The notes beneath the pieces are model-generated. The model made no database searches, was not told where the DNA came from, and saw nothing but the letters and a program-made list of their open reading frames with translations. A stretch of 64,000 nt of DNA from Mobula hypostoma. Taxonomy: Eukaryota. The number at the start of each line of letters is the position of its first letter. Positions within the stretch are counted from its first letter, which is position 1. Positions 52,370 through 63,820 of this stretch are shown piece by piece. A program made the position numbers and the translations under genes. Location of the stretch: NCBI RefSeq assembly GCF_963921235.1, contig NC_086108.1, positions 36,024,001 to 36,088,000 of the forward strand, given 5' to 3'.

Positions 52370-53152
52370 TAGACAGTAGATGTGGAAAGGATGTTTCCCA
52401 TGGTGGGGGAGTCTAGGACAAAAGGGTACAGCCACAGGATAGAGGGGTGTCTATTCAAAACAGAGATACGGAGAAATATCTTTAGTAAAGGGTGGTGAAT
52501 TTGTGAAATTTGTTAGCACAGACAGCTGTGGAGGACAGGTTGTTGGGTCTATCTAAGGCAGAGATTGATAGATTCTTGATTGAACACGGCATCAAAGATT
52601 ACAGGGAGAAGGCCAGTAAATGGGGTTGAAGAGGGGATAAAAGGATCAAACATGATCGAATGGTGGAGCAGGCTCGATGGGCCAAATGGTCTAATTTTAT
52701 GTCTTATGGCTTGTCATATGAAGAGTGTTTGATAGCTCTAGGCCTGTATCCACTAGAATTCGGAAGAATGAGGATGACCTCGTTGAAACCAATTGAATGG
52801 TGAAAGGCCTTGACAGAGTGGATGTGGAGAGGATGTTTCCTATGGAGGGAAAGTCTAAGACCAGAGGACGTAGCCTCAGAATAGAGAGGCATCCTTTTAG
52901 AACAGAGGTAAAGAGGAATTTCTTTAACCAGAGAGGGGTGAATCTGTGGAATTCTTTGCCACAGGCAGCTGTGGAGGCCAAGTCTTTATGTATATTTAAG
53001 ATAGAGATTCATAGATTCTTGATTGGTCATGAAGGGACATGAGGAGAAGGCAGGAGATTGGGACTGAGGGGAAAATTGGATCAGCCATAATGAAATAGAG
53101 ATGCAGAATCGATTGGCCAAATGGCCTAATTCTGCTCCTATATCTTATGGTC
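52370..53152 (+). mobile_element. Two tandem CR1 3'-end fragments
   Basis: KGLDRVDVERMFP...TRGRSLRI...RNFFNQRGVNLWNSLP occurs in two copies, ending at about 52710 and about 53150. Confidence 0.8.
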
Positions 53153-53208
53153 ATAGTTGGTGAGAGACTAAGTGATAGGCCCCCAAACTAGGTCCAGAAA
53201 AAAGGGGT

Positions 53209-53284
53209 TTTATTTGTTTCCATGGTTTATGAACAAATCTTGCCACTTAGTCCAAGTGGATGCGTTTTAATTTACTAGTTTATT
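53209..53284 (-). terminator. Candidate GLRX2 poly(A) signals (AATAAA at 53284-53279 and 53214-53209)
   Basis: Two tttatt hexamers on the + strand, about 27 and 97 nt past the GLRX2 stop and just before CR1 repeats begin. Confidence 0.45.
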
Positions 53285-53310
53285 CTGCGAGCGATGAACA
53301 AGGAATGGTA

Positions 53311-53451
53311 TCAAAGAAGAATGCAGACTCCTTCTATGACAGAATTTGAATTGTACTCATTCACCAGGTGCAACAGTCTACCTTTGGAATGGAGTAAAAC
53401 CGTGTCCGCCCCACCACCAATGCATGTTCCATTTATAAACACTTTTGGGAC
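53311..53451 (-). CDS. GLRX2: GLRX2 terminal coding exon (VP and GG glutathione-binding motifs, C-terminal CILL*)
   Basis: Minus-strand acceptor cctacacag|GTC. Encodes VPKVFINGTCIGGGADTVLLHSKGRLLHLVNEYNSNSVIEGVCILL*, with TGA at 53313-53311. Confidence 0.93.
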   Translation of the reverse strand, partial: VPKVFINGTCIGGGADTVLLHSKGRLLHLVNEYNSNSVIEGVCILL

Positions 53452-54667
53452 CTGTGTAGGAGCACAAAAATAAAATTGAGTGATTTACATCACTGATCAA
53501 TATCTTAAATTTTAAGTTTTTCCTCTTTAGTTTGTCCTACTGTAATCTTAAAAGCGTCATATACTTTTTTGAAGGGGAAGATGTTTCATGTGAAATGCTG
53601 TTAATACCAACAAGAGCACACATTAAGGAAGCTCCTAGCTCTCCTCTGGATAGCTAAGGTGGGTGTTTGTTTCTACGAAATGGGCATGTTTGCTCTTTTT
53701 TTCCCCAATATGTTTTTATATCTTTCTCTCTTTATTTTACCTTTTTTCTTTTTCTGAAACACACAACCAGACCCCTCACAATCCTCACCTTGCTTCTTTC
53801 AGAGAAATGATGTGAAGGAGTGCAGAGTGGCAATGAGCTAAAAAGCACAGTGTGTCAATTTGGAGGCTTTGTTAGTACAGCTAGTGGAGCAGTAGCCTTA
53901 AACTCCAGTGACTGGGTTCCATCCTGACCTCTGATGCCCGTATAGATTTTCTCTGGGTACCCTGGTTTCCTTTCACAAACGAAAGGTATGCTGGATAGTA
54001 GCTTAATTAGCCACTGTAATTTTCCCCTTGTGTATAGAATCTGGGGAAATTTTTGGTAATGTGGGATTAATGTAAGATGATACATGATGTTCATGCAGAC
54101 ACAATGAGACTAAGGGCCTGTTTCTGTGCTTTATGACTTCAAAATGATTCTGCATTGTTCCCTTGTTAATCCAGGATGAATAGTTGTGTGATAGTTCTTG
54201 CATATTCTTCTGTTAAATGTGACTGGTGGCATCTTGAAATGTAATTCTGGAAATACTGTCAAAACTTGCACTTAATTTACCCCCCTGGTATATGTAGGAG
54301 AAGTTGTAAAACAAGATTCCAGCTTCTTCTGAATGTAATATGCTGTTGGGGAGGAGTTTTATGGAAAAAAGTTTCTGAGTAAGTTTGTGATGGAATACTA
54401 TATACTTTAAAAATTGTTTTAAAAGTGTCATTTGTAGCCAGTAGACTAAATGATTAATGCCCTTTTGGGAGTCAAGAATCAAAACCAGTGAATCTCATAT
54501 AGGACTTATGTTTCATCACATGCATTAAGTGCACAAAGTAAGATTTGGATTGATAGATTAACTGACAGGACATAACCTTAAAACGGAGCAATTTTATGGA
54601 TATTGGCTAGGTTGAGGGAGATGATATTACATAGGGTTTGCAGTCTGTTAAAATTAAGTGTACTTAC

Positions 54668-54844
54668 TGTTTTTATGCCGGTCATTTCTATAAGAATACG
54701 CTGGAGATGCACGCCATCACGCCGGAGATCTAATTCAATTGCTCTGTAAGGAATGCCCAATTCTGTAAATATGTTCTTTACAATATCACAGTAAGGGCAT
54801 GTTGTTTTGGAAAAGATCACAACACGATTTGATGTAATTGCATC
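54668..54844 (-). CDS. GLRX2: GLRX2 active-site exon (CPYC), 177 bp
   Basis: Minus-strand acceptor tttctttcag|GAT and donor ACA|gtaagt. Encodes DAITSNRVVIFSKTTCPYCDIVKNIFTELGIPYRAIELDLRRDGVHLQRILIEMTGIKT. Confidence 0.95.
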
Positions 54845-55319
54845 CTGAAAGAAATTAATTCAAAAGTTTTGTTTTTAGTTTCATTAAATAGATATGCATT
54901 TTCTTTAATTGCTATTGCTTTAAGTGAATTCCATTGCATCACACAAGATTAAAGACAATAAGGGTTACTGTTGATAAATCAGCGCATGGTGTAAGTTCTG
55001 CTCTGGTGATGAGTTGCAAGGGAAGCTCATGAGTTGCAAGACTTCAAAACACCCAAAGATAATTTAATAGATTTATTGACTGCTGAGCAAAAAAAAAATG
55101 AAGGTTTGTATTCAGAAGAAGCTGAAGAAGCCAACAGCAAATGTGATATTATTGACTCTTTTCCAAATTTGCTGCAGTGGAGAGATTTCCTCGCAGTTCC
55201 CCTCGCCTCCCATTCTGTCCTTCTATCCTTCATCTGCTCTCCACTCAACCCTGAGATATCTGAAGATCAAAGATGCATAAATCAGGATGCTCTTTATCAA
55301 CTCCAGCTTGGCATTCAAA

Positions 55320-56312
55320 ACTAATCAATAAGCTTTAAGACCTTGCCCCCTATACCACCTTGTGCTATTGGATCCTCGATTTCCTCACTTGCAAAAACCG
55401 CAGTGAGTTTTAATTGGCAACAACATCTCCTTCACAATCTCCCATCGTCACAAGTGCACGTCAAGGCTGTGTGCTTAGGTTCCTGTTCTACTCGCTTTAC
55501 ACTTACGACTATGTGGCTAAGCACAGCTCCAATACCATATTCATGTTTCCTGACAGTACCACTGTCATAGGCCGAATCAAAGGTGATGACGAATCAGCCT
55601 TTATGAAGCCTATTGAGAACTTGGCTGAGTGATGCCACAACAACCTCTTACTCAATATCAGCAAGACAAAGGAGCTGATTATTAACTTCAGGAGGAAACC
55701 AGAGGTCCATGAGCCAGTCCTCTGGAGACAGCCAGCAACTTTAAATTCTTCAGTGTTAACCATTTCAGAGGACTGGCTGCATCACAGCCTAGTATAGAAC
55801 CATCAATGCCCTTGAATGGAAAATCCTAAGAAAAGTAGTGGATACGGCCCAGTCCATCACGGGTAGAACTCTCCCCACCATTGAGTACATCTACTCAGGA
55901 AAGCAGCATCCATCTTCAGAACCCCTACCACCCAGGACTTGCTCTCTCACTGCTGCCATCAAGAAGGTACTGGAGCCTCAGGACTCACACCACCAGGTTC
56001 AGGAACAGTTATCACCCCTCAACCATCAGGCTCTTGAATCAAAGGTGGTGACTTCACTTGCCCCCTCACTGAAATGTTCCCACAACCTATGGACTCACTT
56101 GCAAGGACTCTTCATCTCATGTTCTTGTTATTTATTGCTTATTATTATTTCATTATTTTTGTATTTGCACAGTTTATTGTCTTTTGCACACTGGTTGAAT
56201 GGTGTGATTATTATTCTATTACAGATTTATTGAGTATGCCCACAAGAAAATGAATCATGGTTTAAAAGGGTGACATATATGTCCTTAGACAAGAAACTTA
56301 CTTTGAACTTTC
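55320..56312 (+). mobile_element. Rex/Babar-like LINE 3' fragment in a GLRX2 intron
   Basis: RQGCVLRFLFYSLYTYDYVAKHSSNTIFMFPDSTTVIGRI (degenerate FADD region) and a ctttgaa-type tail. Confidence 0.75.
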
Positions 56313-57167
56313 ACTCTAATGTCATTATCTCACTTAAAAGCTCTCCTATACACTTGAGAAAATCTGCAGATGCTGGAAATCTGAACAACACACACTTGAT
56401 CATTTTGTTGTGAATGCCCATCCGAAAATGTATTGAAAACATTTGGTGTCTGCCTTTGCTGCACTTCCATGTGTGATCTCATATTTTGGATAGTATTTAA
56501 AATTATTCCTGCCAAAATAACTATGAAGTTCCACTATGACTCGTAAACTATTCGCACCCTTCCCATTCTAACTAACTTTTGACGTGGCACAAAGGCAGGC
56601 ACGCATAGCTCTCTATGGTCTCAATTTACACATTTTCTTCTAATTGATTACAGGAAAGTGGTGCCTCCGCTATTCATGTCATTCACTGTTCCAGAAACAA
56701 AAAGCCAAGCAGTTTCATTAGTCCTTGGTTTTTCTTGGTGTACTTTAATCCATGGGCTCCAGGGATCCTGCATAACTTCTTGCGTGTTTTCTGCATTTGC
56801 TGTTATTATTTTAAATTGACCTTGGCTTATTATTGTGACATGTACTACAATACAGTGGGAAAACTTCTGTATTACATACAAGCCAAGATCATGCCATGTG
56901 CAATTACATTAAAGTGGGAAAGGAAAAACAATACATCTGCAGTTTTGTTTACAGTATTTCCAATAGTCCAGAATAACTCTGAACTGATTATAAGCTGAGA
57001 GCACCTGAGTTTCTATATTTGGCTATATATATATATATATACGTTACTTCAGTAGCTGTGGGTATATTGAATCACAGCAGTCTTGCACTTTAACAATCGG
57101 GCGTAGGAAAGTACACAATAAAACGATGGCATAATGCAAAACCGCGCATTAATTATCTGCAGCTCAC

Positions 57168-57239
57168 ATAAATTATCTGGAAGGCAGTGGCGTCGGTATA
57201 CGCCTGGCATGCTTGTGATCCGGAGAACAGGCCTCCCAT
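57168..57239 (-). CDS. GLRX2: GLRX2 first coding exon (exon begins at 57260, ATG at 57239)
   Basis: Acceptor ttttatctaattacag|CAC, strong Kozak AACATGG, and a phase-0 donor TAT|gtgagc that matches the next exon. Encodes MGGLFSGSQACQAYTDATAFQIIY, similar in length to the short Met-containing exon of vertebrate Grx2. Confidence 0.78.
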
Positions 57240-57381
57240 GTTGTTAGATCTGTCCGGGTGCTGTAATTAGATAAAACAGTCAATTCCGAGTGCATTGAAG
57301 AGAACTTGAAGGTAAAATAATTAAGTTATGCATCATGAAAGAGAGCTGGTGTTTTACTTTTTCTCGTTGTTCAGTACTAAC

Positions 57382-57725
57382 CTGTTGAGTAGATGTTGAT
57401 CTGGGGTGAAGTTTCTTGTAACATTACAGTCTCTCCGAAATGGTTCAGTTTCGATCGACTTCACTTTGTAGGAGGAGGAACGAAAAAGGCACCGGCACTC
57501 ACATCATTTAGCTGTTTAGTAATGTAGACACCAGCGGCCCACTATGAGAGAGATGCTCAAACGCTGTTTAGCAGTAAATTAATATTAAAGGTGGGCACTC
57601 ATTGAGCCTGCGTTGTCCAATAATAAATCAAAAGTCAACTGATTGTGACGTGCGAAGGACAAGCAATTTAAGGACCAAAAAAAACCATTAATAATTCATT
57701 GTGCGTCATTGTACGACGTACAAAT
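57382..57725 (-). promoter_or_regulatory. Putative GLRX2 promoter and non-coding first exon(s)
   Basis: Non-repeat stretch with local CpG enrichment. Minus-strand donors CAG|gttagt (57381) and GAT|gtgagt (57502), CCAAT at 57617-57621, and CRE/ATF-like TGACGTG (57646-57652) and TGCGTCA (57702-57708). Confidence 0.5.
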
Positions 57726-58617
57726 TCCGAGTGTGAGGCACTAAAGTTATGGAGTGAATTCTCGTCCAAACTTGGAGAATGGTTGTCTTGGAATGACCAT
57801 TGTGACCATACACATGTATTGTACCCTCCTAACATGAGCTACCGCCAGTTCAACCTTTATAAAGAATATAGACATGCATACAATTATTATTCTTTAGCAA
57901 TACCAAATAAATAACTTTCTACATTCTATTTGGGATGTGTGTGTTACTGTTAAGGCTGTATTCATGGTTCATTCTGAACAGTGGTCACTGAGCTATTGGA
58001 GTCGAATCTGATAAAATTATTCCCAGATGCAGTGCAGAGATTAGGTTGGCTGTGTGTGGTGTTCAAGATTTTACCAATGATAACATTGACATATTTTCCA
58101 GCCAGAACAGTGCATGAGCAGAAGCGGACTTTTGAGAACCGTGTTCCCATCTGAATATTACCCACGTCCTTCTTGGAAATTGAGGTGGTGTGCCTGGATG
58201 GTGATGTCAAAGAAAGTCTCAGCACAATTTTCAACGCATTGGGTGGCTGGTGCCTACCAGTATATAGTCATAGTCATACTTTATTAATCCTGGGGGAAAT
58301 TGGTTTTCGTTACAGTTGCTCCATAAATAATAAATAGTAATAGAACCATAAATAGTTAAATAGTAATATCACTGGTGGACGGAGTTGATGTTTATTGGTG
58401 GACTCGATACTAATTTTTGGTTATTTTGACTGAAAGGTTCCAAGTTTCCTGACTGCTTTTAAACCGCCTGTACAACCCGGCGTTTTTGTGGTATCCTGAA
58501 ATATTCGGCGAACTCGACTCTCGAGAACGCAGGTATCGCATTCCCGGAGTGGAGTTGGGGCCGGATTGAAGCAGCGAGGCCCGGGCCCGTCAGCGACAGC
58601 GGTTAACGAATCGATGT

Positions 58618-59442
58618 TGTGACGAAAAACCAAGTTATCAGAAGATTGATGCTGATGAGAGAGATAAGAGAGACAAAGGGAGAAGCGTTCAAAATGTTAA
58701 TGAGAGAGGAGAGAGATTAACGAAAAGAGAAACAGTTCCGAGTATTGACAGACCGGTTGCTTTGAACCTGAACTGTTTGAAGTTTGATGGACAGGCGATA
58801 CCCCAGCAGGGGGATAAAAGGAACAGGTTCGCTAAGGCACGACAGACACCACGAGATAACGAGACCCTGGAAAAGCAGTGTGCCCCCACAATATGGTGGA
58901 AGTTTGGAGGTGTGGTCGTGGGATCGACCATAGACACACAGGGTGAAAGGGTACGATGGGCGGGAACCTGGCGAGTGTGCCCGCCCCTGCCTGGGTGCCG
59001 GGTTCACCGCGGAAGAACGGTCGTATCCGGAACGGAGGGGCCACAGTCGGTGACCATAGAAGACATTAAAAGGGTTCGCCCGAAAGCTAACTGCGGAGAA
59101 CATCAAGGTCTGTCTGAATCCGATTCGCATATCCTTCTCTCTCTCTCTCTCCAACGGCACAACAGCAATTGCTGCGAACTGTCCTAAACTGAACTGAGCT
59201 CTGCGTCACTTGAGACTGATCATTTTACCCCTAGACTGCGATAGAGCTTGTTTGATTCCTATTACCCTAGTTCTGTGTACATGTGTGTTTTATCATTGCT
59301 AACCTGTTGCATTCATATCCTTACGATTAGAGTACTGTGTTACTGACTTCTTTAATAAAACTTTATTAGTTCCAGTAATCCAGACTCCAACTAAGTGGTC
59401 CATTTCTGCTGGTTTGGCAACCCAGTTACGGGGTACGTAACA
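58618..59442 (+). mobile_element. Solo LTR (825 bp), 4-bp TSD, probably Gypsy-type
   Basis: TGTGACG...CGTAACA inverted termini, TSD atgt at 58614-58617 and 59443-59446, and an internal AATAAA near 59354. It sits inside another CpG-rich repeat (about 58370-59872). Confidence 0.85.
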
Positions 59443-60409
59443 ATGTTTAAACAATTTAAGCGCCGAGCCAGATCGAAAAAATTAAGGCGTCGAGGACGAA
59501 CTTTACTACTCCGGGCGGCTTTACTCGTTTCAGCGCAGAATTGACTCAGCATCTGCGTTCTGCAGCCGTCGGCGTTCGCTTCAGCGCTGAACTTAGCTCC
59601 GGGGCTGTGACCTGCAGCCACCAGGCTCTTGGACTGGCTGCAGAGATGAACGGCTTATGTGGCTGTGGGCTTTCTCCTGGGACTCTGCGGTTCATGCTCT
59701 GTGGATTGTTCGCACGATTTGTTCTTTTTCGCACATTGAATTTATGACTCTCTTTATGAAGTGGGTTTTTCATGATTTCTATTGTGTTTATTTGTTTTCT
59801 GGCTGCCTGCAAGAAGAATCTCAAGGTTGTATGTGTTATACAGACTTTTATATTAAATATACTTTGAACTTTGCCAAAGTATGCTTTGAACTATACTGAT
59901 CTATGCAAAAGGCGAGTATCCCATCACATTTGTTATGTGTGCCTTATAGATGACGGGAAGGGTTTGCTTTGTGAGGTCAGGAAATGAGCCTTTCAGCACA
60001 GATCATGCTCAATTCCATCCTCTGTTTATTTATTTCCAGGATGTAGGTGACGCTGCCAACCTTTATTGTCCATCCGTAACAGCCTGAACTGAGGAGTCAT
60101 GTTGGTGAATTACGGGTTAGAGGAAAATCAGAGTAAGAATGCTGGATTGCTCCCTCTGAGTAAATCAGTGAAACAGTAACTGAATTACTAAGAGAAAAAG
60201 GTGCATGCTAAAAACAAACAAAAAACTTGTAAATATTCAGCGGTTCAGAGGAGAGAGAAAAAAAATGAAGTTTCAGGTCCATGTTTTTTTTTCAGTTGTG
60301 ATGAAAGCTCAACACTCTGATTATTGCCTGACCTGCTGAATACACCCATCATTTTCTATTCTTATTTTGGGTGTTTTAGGACAATTTAGTAGTTTAATGA
60401 TTATTCAAA

Positions 60410-61110
60410 TCAATTCAAGTTTATTATTTAACTATATACACGTATATAACATTTATAACCACATAATGTATATAGAAATGAGACGTTTCTTTGAACCTGG
60501 GTGTAAAGCACAGTAGTACACATAACACACGATAACTTATGATCCACAGATGAATCATACATAAATAACAAACTAAAGTACATTAATATTAAATATTGTA
60601 AGCAACAGAACAGATTAAGCAGTGACACTTAGAATGCAATGCAGCCGGGGGTTCACAAGCCTAATGAACAGTCACTCATTCTAACTGTTCTTGTTTTTAT
60701 GCATCGTAGTCTCCTGTCTGATGGTACAAAGTCAAGGAGGATGTTGGATGGATGTGTGGGATCCTTAATAATACTAAGGGCCCTGCATATGGAGCACTCC
60801 TGAAAAAATCACCCCAATGGATGGTAGGGAGACACCTGTGATCCTCTCAGCTGTTCTCACCGTCCTTTGTAGGGACTTCAGGTCCGATGCTTGACTGCTC
60901 CCATACCAGACAGAGGTGCAACTTGTCAGGATGCTGTCAATGGTGCTCCTGTGAAATGCAGTTAAGATGGGGGGGGGGGTGGAAGCCTTACTTGCCTCAG
61001 TCTTCTTAGGAAGTGGAGGCTCTCTTGATCCTCTTGTTCAGGGAGGTGATATTGAGGGATCAGGTGAAGCCATTCGTGATGTGAACTCCCAGGAACTCTC
61101 TCTACAGAGG
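60410..61110 (-). mobile_element. Rex/Babar-like LINE 3' fragment
   Basis: Begins with a tcaattcaagtttattatt tail. The minus strand resembles the QRL-FLRRLR...TIDSILTSC region seen at 36531-36755. Confidence 0.6.
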
Positions 61111-62683
61111 ACTTGGTCTTTATTAAGTTATTTCAATGTGAATTTTTAGTTATTATGGTTGGATTCAAATTCATGCCTCTGCACTGGGTAATTCAGAACT
61201 CTGATTACTAGTTAAGTTATTTAATTACCACATCACCATACACCTAGCAGACATAATTTTCAAATTTACTTTTGGACTCATATTGGTACAAAGTTTCCTG
61301 TGGAACTTATGTTAGTGTTTTGCAGCAGTACAGTACAATACGTAATATATACTGTAAGTTACGATAAGAAATATAAAAACTAGCAGAACAACAAAGAGCA
61401 AAGAGTGAAGTTTAGAAATCGAACAGCAGAGGGGAAGAAGTTGTACCTAAAAAGTTGAGTGGGTGTTGTCAATCCCCTATATCTCCCAGATGGTAGCAAT
61501 GAGAAGAGGGTATGTCCTGGATAGTGAGAGCCCTTACTACTGAATGCCTTTCCTGAGGTATTGCATATAGAAGAAATCCTCATTGGTAGGGAAGCTAGAA
61601 CCCATAATGCAGCTGGCTGAATTACAACCTTGTGCAACACACATAAAATGCTGAAGGAACTCAGCAAGTCGGGCAGCATCTGTGGAAATGAATAAACAGT
61701 CAATGTTTCAGGCTGAAACTCTTCTTCAGGACTAAAAAGGAAGGGGGAAGATGCCAGAATGAAAAGGTGTTGGGGTGGGGTAGAGGGGAAGGAGCCTGGC
61801 TGGAAGGTGATGTGTGAAGTCAGGGTGGGAAAGGTAAAGGGCTGGAAAGGAAAGAGTGGACCAGAGGAGAAAGGGAAGGAAGAGGGGATGCGGGGATAAG
61901 TGATAGACTGGTGAGAAGAAGTAAAAGGCTAGGTGACCCTGGGTATTGGTGTTGCCTTAGCAGACAGTAATGCAGCCAGTCAGACTACTCTCCACAATAT
62001 ATCTGTAGAGATTTTCTAGTTTTTGATGTTATACCAAATCTCCTCAAACTCATAAAGAAATATTGCCGCTGGCATGCCTTCCTTGTAATTGCATCAATAT
62101 GTTGCACCAAGGATAGATCTTCAGAGATTGTGTTGGCAATAATTAACCATAGCTCAATTCCTGTAGCTGGGTACAGTACCTGGTACACATTCTTTATTAT
62201 AATAAATAGCTATGTTCTATTGATCCACTGAATGGAATTACAAGTTGTCTAATCATTATATTTATGGTGTGTCTCTGAATAGGAACAGTATGGTAAATTA
62301 TTGAGGTAAATCATTGGTGTAAGTCTGCACTCTTGTACTCGCTGAATCAGTTCGTCAATCAATTATTCTTTCTTGAGGGAATTTTGCTATAACTTCATTC
62401 AGCTTGCAGCAAGCTGATTATGACTGTTAATGGAACTTGAAACAATCAAATTAGCTATCGTTAGTGATACAATTGTGTTTGACCATGCAAATAAATCAAT
62501 TAATCTTTGTAAAACATTTTATCTGATGTATTCAAAGATATAAATGTGTAAAAAAAACAAAATAAAGAACAGGACACTGGTGCAAGACTCACTTAATTTA
62601 TGTTTGGTTTTTATTTAAGAAAGTATATTTCTGTAAAATTGTACATCGATCTTAAAACTTGCAAGCTTCTGACATATATTTTA

Positions 62684-63232
62684 TGTAACGCCCTGGTAAC
62701 GGTTTCACTGCTAACGTAATGGTCTTTCTGTGGAAGCGGGGTTCGGGTTATGGTTAGAGTTAACGGGTGCTTTGGAATGCGATCATCTAATCAGCGGAGC
62801 AGGGTTTTTGTTCGGTGGTAGATGAAGAGAGAAGACACTGGAGAGAACCGGTTGTAGGATTTGACCCGGTGGGGGACTGTGATTCGATGGAGCACAGTGT
62901 GGAGGTCTACTGAGGATCAGTGAATATATGACTTTTGGAAGAGTTGAGCTCCAAATTGTGGCCATTTGACTGTTTAATTATAATCGACCCTTTTTGTGTT
63001 TTTGTTTTCTTTTCTCTACTAACCCTTTAGTTAAGTTAACATCCATAAATATATAATCGTGTGCAGCACACTGTCTGCTATTTCTTGGCACCGGGTTGTG
63101 ACAAGGTAGCAAATTACACAGCATTCACACAAACCGAGATTTGGGTTGGGAGAGCCGACTCAATCTCGTGGATTTGGCGGGACCGGAGTGTATATTCCCT
63201 AGACTTTGCAGCCCAAGGAAATCAGGGTTTCA
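62684..63232 (+). mobile_element. Solo LTR (549 bp), 4-bp TSD
   Basis: TGTAAC...GTTTCA termini and TSD ttta at 62680-62683 and 63233-63236. A GC-richer island in AT-rich flanks. Confidence 0.78.
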
Positions 63233-63499
63233 TTTAAATGACACAGCCTATGTTATCTTCAATTGAATTTTAAAGAAATGTAAAGTTTTAAACATTTGTT
63301 TTTTTCCCAAACATATAATTTATAAAGCATTTTACATCATATGATTTGGTGATTAAAAAGTAACAATGAATATGTGGATTCATGCCAGACATTTAAGTCT
63401 GTTGATTTATTGGCTCTTGAAAAAATGGTGATCACGATGATTGCACTCTGGTGGTTCTCAGTTTTGATTTACATGTGGCTTCAATTTGTGAGAAATAAT

Positions 63500-63820
63500 G
63501 GGTTAATTGAGGACTACTGTATGTGTGTGTCCCAGTGAAATGCATCGTTTGCATCAACAATCAACGCTGAACAAGGACGTGCAGGCAGCAGCTCGCAATT
63601 GTGGCCCCATGCTTCCAGCGCCAACATAGTCTGCCTACTACTGATTAACCTTAACCTGTACGATTTTGGAAAGTGGGAGGAAAGCAAAGCTTCATAAAGA
63701 AACCCACATAATCATGGGGATAATGTCAAACTCCTTACAGACAGCATAGAATTAAACCTGGATTGCGGATGCTTTGAACCGTTATGCTAACATCTATGCT
63801 ACCATGCTGCCCCCCACCGC
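63500..63820 (-). mobile_element. Degenerate SINE-like repeat
   Basis: The minus strand starts with a tRNA-like head (GGCAGCATGGTAGCATAG...CCAGGTTTAATTC). A related plus-strand SINE-like repeat lies at about 53865-54130. Confidence 0.5.

Larger units (their letters stand above)
53311..57239 (-). other. GLRX2: GLRX2 (glutaredoxin-2) gene; CDS join(-) 57239-57168,54844-54668,53451-53311; 129 aa
   Basis: Three phase-0 exons give MGGLFSGSQACQAYTDATAFQIIY-DAITSNRVVIFSKTTCPYC...EMTGIKT-VPKVFINGTCIGGGADT...GVCILL*. The glutaredoxin motifs CxxC, TVP and GG are present, and the gene lies tail-to-tail with RO60 as in mammals. Confidence 0.9.

Noticed and set aside
53275..53313. GLRX2 TGA as a possible selenocysteine or readthrough codon
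   Set aside because: It is not in a redox motif, the readthrough (YHSLFIARRIN*) is unremarkable, I recognised no SECIS, and poly(A) signals follow closely.
54965..55030. Minus-strand MSFPCNSSPEQNLHHALIYQQ as an alternative GLRX2 first coding exon
   Set aside because: It ends in TAA, and the only nearby GT gives phase 2, which is incompatible with the phase-0 acceptor at 54844.
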